Below, piece after piece: positions 24,646 to 33,706 of a stretch of DNA of 41,423 bases. The notes below the pieces were generated by a model. The model was not told the origin of the DNA and made no database searches. It saw nothing but the letters and a program-made list of their open reading frames with translations. The DNA is taken from the NCBI GenBank assembly GCA_002245135.1, contig NGBS01000057.1, forward strand, positions 1 through 41,423, given 5' to 3'. A program made the position numbers and the translations under genes. Position 1 is the stretch's first letter. Every line of letters begins with the position of its first letter. Origin of the DNA: Proteromonas lacertae. Taxonomy: Eukaryota.

Positions 24646-25265
24646 TTGTTGTGTGCCGTTTGTCAAAGTTGGCCGTTTGTCTACCAGACACTTTTAAAAC
24701 AAACCATATGCATATTCTTATTTGTCTTGATGAAAAATTGTTACTTTTATACTTACTTTGTTATATGACCTATATCTGCAGTATACTTTTTGTTAATATA
24801 AATAGTATGAATATTTGCGCCGTTTGTTTTCTAGAAATTTTTGAAGCAAATTAAATGTATATTTAGCTAATATAGACTAAAATACATTAGCTGAAATGAT
24901 TAGAACAACTTAATGTTGATCATAAGACATTTAAAATGAAAAAAGAAAATATAGAATCAAGCCTCACTCAAGCCAGCTTTTTAATTTCTTTTTTAAATAA
25001 GTTGTTATTGAAACTATTGTAATCTATTTATATCAAATAATGTATTTTAGACTGTAGTAGTCACTGATACATTAAAATATAAAAAATATAAATATTAGTT
25101 TAATATTGATAATAATGAAGTTCATAAAGAAGTGTGTCACAGATATAGGTCATATGACAAACTAACTATATATTTGTTAATAACTCTTTATAACTAAGAT
25201 AAAAATGATATTAGTTTGTTTTAAAAGTAATTGCATGATGAGAGCGGCTCAACGGCGCACAACAA
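24646..25265. mobile_element. Chimeric fold-back element (B-type left half, A-type right half)
   Basis: The left part equals the reverse complement of B (10287 to ~9955), the right part equals A (~8639-8947), and the switch lies in TCAAGCCTCACTCAAGCC at ~24957-24974. Confidence 0.85.
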
Positions 25266-25397
25266 GTCTCTAACTTTCTCAGTTTCTGAAAATAAATAAT
25301 GTTTATAAACCTTCTAAATTCTGGTGAGACTAAATAGGTCTTTGTTAAGAGAATCTGAATTGACTTTGGCTTTAGCATATTTAGACTCGGGCTACTG

Positions 25398-26690
25398 GCG
25401 CACCGAACCAAACTTTTTAAAAATACGTGACCTATGTCATATTATGTAATGTTGATTTTAGTAAATTTCTAAAATATTCTAATATAATTTTCTTAGAATT
25501 TTCTTTATTTTGATTTTTGGTTTATATTATTTATATAATTGAATTAATAAATTCTACATTACATTTAATCAACAAACACCATTTCAATCTATAATTTTAA
25601 TTTAATTAATTATTATTATATTATAATTATCAGTCTTCTTCATCCACATCTACTACGTCGACCTTGTTATGTTTTAAAAGCATAATTAGCTGCTATTTTT
25701 CGTATTCTTCTTATTCTCTTTCTTCTTTCCTTCTTTTTCTATCATCTTCACTATATAATCTACTAAAGAATCTAATTCTCTTAATCGGATTATTTTCTGC
25801 TTCACTATACATACTACTGTGTTTCTTTTGTCTTTTTCAGTCTTTTCTTTAACTTCTTCCTCTAATGTATACTTTAATGACATTGCATTACAACATTCTC
25901 TGAAATATATACTTTAATTCCTCTAATTATTCAATATCATAATCACTTGTACTATCATTTATTATTTATAATTTATAATTTAGACAAATTAAATGTATTA
26001 TCATTTATTATAATTTCAAATTAAGTTATAAATGAATTCATAAACTCCGCATAATTAGGATTATTAAAATTTCTTGAGCAAATATCTAAATTATTGTAAA
26101 CACCTCTTCTTCTACTGCAATCCATTGTTGATATATCTGTATTATATAATAAATATTTCTTAATTACATTAAGAATATTAATATCTTCAAAGCTATTGTA
26201 GTTTTTAATTGATTCTATAATGACATGTAGATAATTCAAAGGTATAATAATAATGTATACTGATAGTAACTTAATAAAATAAATAATACTGTGCTTTCAT
26301 ACCAGTCTACAATAACTTCTCTTTTAAAATTATGTATTAATTTTAATATTTCATCAACAATAACTACCAAAGTCATAATTTAGATCATCTAGCACAATTA
26401 TACTACTTGTATTTATAAATCGCCGTAAATATATTCATTTTCTATAAAATGCAACATATAAATAATACCAGCTTTTAATCGAACTTTTAAATCCTCATTT
26501 TGTTTATCATTAGTTTCATACTAAAAATAAGAGAGCAATATTTATACTGTAACTCTATTAGGTATAATTCCACTCTATTATATAAAAAATAGCAATAATT
26601 AGAAAAAATAACGTAAATTGGGTTATTTTATTTTTGTTATTTTAATAACCTCTAACGTATTTTAAAAAAGTTTGGTTCAGTGTGTTAGGA
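25398..26690. mobile_element. Putative TIR element with a decayed minus-strand gene
   Basis: Inverted repeats CACCGAACCAAACTTTTTAAAAATACGT / ACGTATTTTAAAAAAGTTTGGTTCAGTG; internal stop-interrupted minus-strand frames. Confidence 0.5.
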
Positions 26691-26899
26691 AATACCCGAG
26701 TCATGCGGCTCGGTGTGCCAAAACGTTTAATACAATTATTATCATATGCATTATCCATATTTTTTTATATATTATAAAGTCTTATAAATATTGAGTAATT
26801 ATGCAATTAAATTTATCTAAATTTTAAATATACAATTCGCCCTATGAAGGAAATACCCGTATGATATTCATGATGTTAGGAGTTAGTTATTTTAGAATA

Positions 26900-27030
26900 T
26901 ATAGTTAGTTAGTCAAATGACCTACATTTGTGATATACTTTTTAATGAATTTCATTATTACTAATATTAAACTATTTTTATTATATTTTTATTTTGATGT
27001 GTCAGTCTCTACTACAATCTAGAATATTTT
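26900..27030. repeat. Degenerate family A arm fragment
   Basis: Resembles 8460-8575 (ATGACCTA...TTCATTATT...AATATTAAACTA...TCAGT..CTACA.TCTA). Confidence 0.45.
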
Positions 27031-28785
27031 TTAAAGTATTTATGTGTATTATCTATTTCATTCTCTATATGCGTTATACAATCTATACAATTCATCATCG
27101 CAATTATCAACATATATATCAGCATCCAATTTACATTTCAGTATATTATTCAATGTATTACTCCAGATTTTACTCTTTGCATAATATTACTCAAATTAAC
27201 CATTACTGTCGAATAATCATTTTAATTAATAATAATTAAAGAAGTAATGTTATTCATTAATTTATGTAGAAAAATGATAATTTGTCTCGTATTCTTTGTT
27301 TTTCATTTTTTATTTGGTTGCATGAATAGTATTGATAAAAATTAATATTTCTATTTAATAACCAAAATATTATTATTATGGCGTAGTTATGCTTTCAAAT
27401 CTCAACATTTATTAAAAAAAAAATAAACAAAAGTTGCAAATTACATGACAATAGATCAGCATGAGATTTTAGAGATTTTGTATGAAAACTTGATAAAATA
27501 AGGAAAGAAGGCTTGATGCAAGTTTGAAACAATCACTTCAGAATCATTAGTTTTTTTAGTTTTATTTAAATTTTCTATTTTAAAATGTATGTACTATTCG
27601 TAAGAGAATTATTTTCATTTCAATAATTACTTCAATAGAAAGTATGGTTATTTCTAAGTGGTGCAACCGTTTCCAACGGTTGTAATTCCGTTATGTCCAA
27701 TCGTTATTGAATAAATTAAGATTGCGCAAAATGTATTTTTGCATCTAATAAAATCTTCATATGTTGAGGGAATAAATAAAGATATACAAAAAGTATAATC
27801 TAATGAAAATGATATTACATATAAACTTGAAAGAGCAATAATGTAATTTCCATTTTTAAAAATTATGTTATATCTTAGGTATGTTATAAATAGTCTTGGA
27901 TTATCTGTGCATTAGATTATGCTATAGAAAACACATTTGAGTTTTTGACAATTCTTTTTTTAAATTATTCTCAGTATATATAAAGATGCTGTGAAAAATT
28001 TTAATGCATGAAAGTACAAATCGAACTTAGCAGGATGCCAAAATTTTAGCATTTAACTATATGAAATATTGAAAAATGAAAAAGAAAAAGGTACAATCTG
28101 ACAAGTTTTGTAAACTCGATCTGAGTGAAGTATTAAATCCCTACTTTCGAAATACAATTTAAATTTCGAATTATCAAGTTTTGTCTTATAGTGAATATAT
28201 AGTTTTTTCTTTCCTATTGTTTTTATTATTTTATACTTTCATGCCTAACAAGAATGCTTTTTCTGTTAACATATTCTTTTAATACGTAGAAGTAAAGTCA
28301 TTTACAAGTTGGGGAAGTAATTTCCTTAAGTTGATAAGCACATTTTCAATTTGAGGAAAGATAAGTTGTAATATTTTCATTTTTTTCTACTTATGAAATT
28401 TGTTTATCTTCAATTATTCAAGGGCAGATATCAGGAAAGCGACTTGTTTTTATAAACCTGGCTAATTTTAATATTCTGAAAAAAATATATATATTTATAC
28501 TCTTTTATCTATATTTTTATAACATTTATTTTACAATATATTTTATTTTATTTAAAAGTAATAATGTTATGAATGAAAGAGATATTCCATTTAAAAGAGT
28601 AGTATTGAATAGTTTCTATTTAAGTAATTCTTATTACGATATACGATTTCAAATGATAAGAGTTTTAATTTCATATAATCCATTTAATAAATATAAATTT
28701 AGAATAACTGATTTATATTCTAATGAATTAAATTATTCAGTTATAGTATATGACAAATGTATGAGGTCTGAAGATATATAGTATA

Positions 28786-28990
28786 TAAATGTGACCCTGG
28801 TACAATTGTCACAGAGTTCTAACGAGTGTTCTAGGAGTCCGTCCCTTTCTAGATTCAGAGTTGACTTTTACGGGGCCTTCATCGATTGCATCGATGAAGC
28901 TCCCGTAAAGGTCAACTCTGAATCTAGAAGGGGACGGACTCCTAGAACACTCGTTAGAACTCTGTGACAATTGTACCAGGGTCACATTTA
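28786..28990. repeat. 205-nt terminal hairpin
   Basis: Arms 28786-28886 and 28890-28990 (101 nt each, 4 mismatches by manual comparison), loop TGC. Confidence 0.95.
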
Positions 28991-29159
28991 CGTAAGGTTC
29001 CTACGGAATTCCTCCTACGGGGTCTACTTCCTAAGGAGTCTACTTCCCTACGGGGACTCTTGGAAGCTATTTCTATACCTATCTATACCTATCTATGAGA
29101 CGATCTCCTACGGGTACTCCTGGAAGCTATCTAGAAGTGTTGGTCACCTCGAGGTGATG
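28966..29159 (+). repeat. Left inverted terminal repeat
   Basis: Reverse complement of 36498-36691, 4 mismatches in 194 nt. Confidence 0.95.
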
Positions 29160-29249
29160 ATTCTAATCACGCTCTTGACTCTCCTTGCTACGCTGGTGAC
29201 CTTGTAAGGGCTTTTAATTGAATCGTGGAAACCAACTGGGGAACCGGGA

Positions 29250-29339
29250 GTTTACAATTGTTAACTTGTTACCAATTGTTAACTAGTTACCAAATGGTAA
29301 CAAGTTAACAATTGTTAACAAGTTACCAAATGGTAACTC
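29250..29339. repeat. 5 x 18-bp tandem palindromic repeats (iteron-like)
   Basis: GTTTACAATTGTTAACTT, GTTACCAATTGTTAACTA, GTTACCAAATGGTAACAA, GTTAACAATTGTTAACAA, GTTACCAAATGGTAACTC. Confidence 0.9.
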
Positions 29340-29359
29340 CGGGAGGTTCTAGCTAGTTG

Positions 29360-30501
29360 CGGATTTCTCAAGGGCCCTTGAAGATAATGATTAGCAATCT
29401 CGGAAGGCTTGTGAAGGTATGTTTTATCATCCTTATAACTCTCCTAGATAAGTTCATCCACGACCTTCCCGAGAAGAATAGCCGTGTTGGCAAGGAAGGG
29501 AATCTCCCACGATGGGAGATTCCCTGACGCAGTCATGCACGGCTGGACGTATCTGGGAAGGTCTTGATGGTTCTTCTATTAATCAGTGACTTTATAACTG
29601 GAGGTTCTGGTTAGTACTGGATTTTCTCAAGGCCTTGAAGATCATCGTAAGCATTCTCGCTTCCTAGAGGTAAGTCTAATCGTCCTTGTTAATCAACTAG
29701 GTAACATTCAACTATCATCTATCCTAGCAAGGAAGGGATGTTCCTCCTTGAGTTACAGCTCAAGGAGGAACCTCCCGACAAAGCCATGGAACTTCCATCA
29801 AGAGAGACTTCATTACAAAGTCAAGGAACATCCACGGGATCATTGCCTAGGTATGCTTCATTGTCCTTATAACTCTTCTAGGTAAAGTTTAATTACATTG
29901 TCCAGGAGCTCACCGAGGAGATCACCATGATGACAAGGACGAGAGAAGTCCTCCTGAAGGCATAGCCGTAAGGAGGAGTTCTCTAGGACGTAGTCATGAA
30001 TGGTGATCGTATCAGGGGAGGTACTACACTTTGAGCAATAACAAGACCAGGAGATCTTCATCCAGTTAAAGGACCATTATCAGAACCTCTTTAAGCAATC
30101 AACAACTTTGTTACCACTCCAGTTAGGCTTCAATTTCTCAAGGGTCCTTGAAGATCATTGTTATCAATCTTGGGAGCCTTATAAAGGTAAGTCTTATCGT
30201 CCTTGTTAATCAACTAGGTAACATTCAACTATCATCTATCCTAGCAAGGAAGGGATGTTCCTCCTTGAGCTGTAACTCAAGGAGGAACCTCCTGACACAG
30301 TCATGGAACTTCCATCAAGAGACTGCATTACAAAGCCAAGGAACAGGATCATTGCCTAGGTAAGTTTCATTGCCCTTCTAAGACTTGAATCCAAGATGCT
30401 CCAGCTAGTTCTGAATTTCTCAAAGGCCTTGAAGATCGTGATAAACAATCTCGGGAGGGTTCTGTAGGTATCTTCCATTAGCCTTGTAAGTCATCTACTA
30501 G
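29360..30501 (+). ncRNA. Array of putative spliced non-coding hairpin RNA units
   Basis: Repeated leader TTTCTCAA(G)GG.CCTTGAAGAT (~29363, 29622, 30134, 30416); 31-nt GT..AG segments (29417-29447, 29670-29700, 29851-29881, 30187-30217), each followed by a stem-loop with conserved AAGGA/GACNNA internal loop. Expression unproven. Confidence 0.5.
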
Positions 30502-30549
30502 GAAGCTCCTTACATACCAGTTTAGTTTATTTATTCCTGAAGGTAAAGT

Positions 30550-31615
30550 TCATTCCCGAGGACAGCATCATCATCTAAGCAATCGTAGAAACGTGAATAC
30601 CATGATTGGGAAGCTTAGGATAAGTAGGAACTTACCTGAGCACTTGTTAGAGATGTTACTGGAGGTAAGCTAATGAGCAATTTCTTAAGGTCAATTCCCC
30701 ATCATCTGTCCAATGGAGATTGAATAGGAATCATTCTGAAGCTATTCACTAAATACTGTAGCTGAACAATACATATACTAGGATCAGCAATCCATAAGCA
30801 AGGTCAAGATGCCCTAGTGGGCAGACCAGGTACCAACATCCCATCCCCTCCGGGTTCGAACCCCAGTACAGCTACTGCTTATATCTGAACCACCTCCTAC
30901 ATAGCCTTGCCTCATCAACTCAGGAGATCGCCAGCAACTTCTAAGATCCAAATTCTAAAGAAAAAATTGAATAGAGATGAATCTGAGATGAACAGTTCAC
31001 TACGTAGTACAACAACAGATACCCTAGCACTAGAACGAGATCAACTGCAGGAGCTTAGGAAGCATTGAGTGACCCCTACTACAAGAAGCCTAGGAGTTGG
31101 AGGTGCATTCACAACTCTGATAAGGAAGGTTTAAAAATAGGGACATAGAAAATAGATCCTGGACTTAGTTGCTAAATTCCTGGACTTGGTTCACTACTGA
31201 TTACATCTACAGATCACTAAGCTAGGTTGCGTGATTGCCTAAGCTGATCCAAGAGGATATGGTAGTTAAGGGAGTCTTCAATAGCATAAGCTATGCTTAC
31301 CATGGTTCAATGTGACTGAATAGAAGATGCTATTCAAGTAAGATCAACAAGAGTTAACATCCATGGTTCACTACAAAGTACGTCTACAGATCAACTAACA
31401 TAAGCTGAAGGATTAACTGATTGAATGTATGAAGACTCTGGAATAGAAGTATAATCATAAGCATGATCAGGTGTTTAAGGATGTTGATAACTAGAACATC
31501 AAAGAAAGCAATACCTCCGATAGAAGGAATGATAAAATCAGACTTCATTGAAGAGATATCGATAGTTCATTACATAGTACAAGTACATATCACCTACTAG
31601 TAACTTAGGATCCAT
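30550..31615 (-). pseudogene. Possible heavily decayed minus-strand gene of the element
   Basis: ATG-led frame MDPKLLVGDMYLYYVMNY, then stretches broken by many TAG/TAA stops and frameshifts; no homology recognised. Confidence 0.3.
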
Positions 31616-31690
31616 TAGCGTAAGTCCAATACCAATGTAACAACAACAACAAATGCTAATATCAATAGTTCATATACGATACAACTACAG

Positions 31691-32575
31691 ATGAGATTGT
31701 CTAGTTCAATTTTTCCCTTGCAATCAGAAACAATGATTAAATGCTCATCTTGTCATATCAGGGCCTCTAAGGAAACCAATGCTGATGGATCTGGGTATTA
31801 TAAGACTTGTAGTAGATGCCGAGAAAGAGCAAGTAGACGCACAATCACTCTTATTGAGAAGCATCACAAGGAAAGGAACTTGTTGAAGAATGATACTAAG
31901 CCCGTAAGCGATAAGCTATCCTGCAGTAGATGTCATCGAAGCTTAAGTCTATTGTTCTTTAAGAATCCCGATGGAGGTTACTTCAATTGTTGCCATCGTT
32001 GTAGGTGTAGAAGGAGCCTGGCTAAACATAAGCAACAGTCCAAGAACTCCACCAATGCTACTCCCGATCCAGCTCTTGACGAATTAAGGACAAGGATGAA
32101 CCTAAAAATCCAACGCAATAGACAAGAGATAGTGAAGATGATCAAGGAGAACTCCGATCTATTCAACTGGGATGAAGTCTTCAATCAGACCTTTATAACT
32201 CCATGCAATAATTATCAACCAGCAAAAGAGCCTTGCAAGACCTTGATCTCGTTAGCATTAAGGAACAAGCAAGTCAAGATAGAGATAGATCCTCCGGTAA
32301 AGCCACTTCCAACCTGCTGCTTTATTACTCTCTACGATTGCTTAAGCATATTCAAGAATGATCTTCAACACGAGGTAGATTCAGCAAAGAATCGTAAAGA
32401 CCTTGATAATCCTCCTGTAAAGAGACCGATAACAAAACTCTCAGTATCATCACGAGGTGCTTCAAGTGATCCTCCAGCGAAGCATCTAAAGCTAGCTTCT
32501 GAAGCAACTCCTTACCCGGCGAAGTCATCAGAAGCAGTAGTAGTAAACGCATCTACTGATAAGGAACGTGATTAA
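31691..32575 (+). CDS. Cys-rich putative zinc-binding protein with two tandem CxxC...CxxC modules; likely start 31733
   Basis: CSSC...NADGSGYYKTCSRCR and CSRC...KNPDGGYFNCCHRCR; intact 294-codon ORF. Confidence 0.65.
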   Translation: MRLSSSIFPLQSETMIKCSSCHIRASKETNADGSGYYKTCSRCRERASRRTITLIEKHHKERNLLKNDTKPVSDKLSCSRCHRSLSLLFFKNPDGGYFNCCHRCRCRRSLAKHKQQSKNSTNATPDPALDELRTRMNLKIQRNRQEIVKMIKENSDLFNWDEVFNQTFITPCNNYQPAKEPCKTLISLALRNKQVKIEIDPPVKPLPTCCFITLYDCLSIFKNDLQHEVDSAKNRKDLDNPPVKRPITKLSVSSRGASSDPPAKHLKLASEATPYPAKSSEAVVVNASTDKERD

Positions 32576-32599
32576 CATTGTTGGTACATAGTAAAATGT

Positions 32600-33690
32600 T
32601 ACCTTGGGTATGACCGAGGACAATAGAAATAATCAATTCAAGGAGCCTTACGGAGATGAGCAACTCAAGGACATGGTAAGTAATCAATTCAATAAACTAA
32701 AGGAGTCTTGGATAAGTTAATGATAGTAAGGACATCAACAACCCCGAGATAACAACCTTGGATCAATGACTCTGAAGATCATGAAGTAGTTGTAGGTACA
32801 TAAAGAGTTACAATTGCAGACTATAGGAAGTGTGATCGATAATCCTTTACATGAGTAGTCCTTACTTATGATGCTAGGAATCATTACTAGTAAGTAAGTA
32901 AGTAGACCAGAGATATCGTATACTCCTCAAGTAGCAACACTGGCATAGATGTCCAAGAGTCTATAAGCTATCGATCGTAAGGTGATTATCAGTAGATAGG
33001 TAAATACACTGACTTCAATAACAATACCGAGACTAGTAGTGATCAGACTGAAGGCTAGTACATTACTGAGGATCAACAACTTCGATGAACTAGAACTAGA
33101 AGGAATTGTCACTTGAGGGGTTACCATCAGTTCAAGAGAGAGGTATCGGTAAAGATCACAAGTAGTTCTTCAAGAGATGTTAAGGATGAGATCAACTCTA
33201 ACTTCAACAGTCAGTCTCAAGGTACTTACCAGAGTGAAGACAAAGTACTTTATAGGTAATGCCTGCCACGTCCGAGAAGTCCAAGAAGGTAAAGGAGCAT
33301 CTGGAATAGAGACGATTAGTAGATCCTTGGAAGTCAAAGGTGCAAGTGAAGTCTACGGAGAGTAGTTGAACTTCAAAGGAGGCTTCTGACCATCGTATAA
33401 GTCTTATCGGAATAGAAGCATTGTAAGTTAAGATGGTAGATGATGATCGAGACTATGAAGTTCACAGCATAGAGATCACGCAACTCATTACAAAGACCGA
33501 TAAAGTCATCTACATCCATCAGCTAGTAATCGTAAGGAGTTGAAGTTCATCGTGTGGATAGAGTAAGCAAGGTACTTCTCGGGAGGTAGGTAAAGCTGTT
33601 GAAGGCCAGGACATGTTATGATATAAGAGATACCTGAGAAGTCATCTAAGTAAAGTAGCTCCTGGATCTATAAATAAAGTTCTAATCTGG
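32600..33690 (-). pseudogene. Possible decayed minus-strand gene of the element
   Basis: Successive protein-like minus frames (QELLYLDDFSGISYIITCPGLQQLYLPPEKYLAYS; MDVDDFIGLCNELRDLYAVNF; VDFTCTFDFQGSTNRLY) separated by frameshifts. Confidence 0.35.
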
Positions 33691-33706
33691 AATCATTACC
33701 TAGGCA

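Noticed and set aside
27667..27687. Small hairpin CAACCGTT-TCC-AACGGTTG
   Set aside because: Isolated 8-bp stem with no supporting context.
28971..29207. Twin ORFs MYQGHIYVRF... at 28971 (+) and 36480-36686 (-)
   Set aside because: They are the two ITR copies read in mirror; TTG start, no coding evidence.
29935..30000. Hairpin or hammerhead ribozyme in the array (AGAA / AGUC words)
   Set aside because: No loop-B or CUGANGA/GAAA core could be placed consistently in all units.
29360..30501. CRISPR-like repeat-spacer array
   Set aside because: Eukaryotic context, long degenerate repeats, irregular spacing, no cas genes.
30850..30870. GGTTCGAACCC resembling a tRNA T-loop/B-box
   Set aside because: No cloverleaf or A-box could be built upstream.
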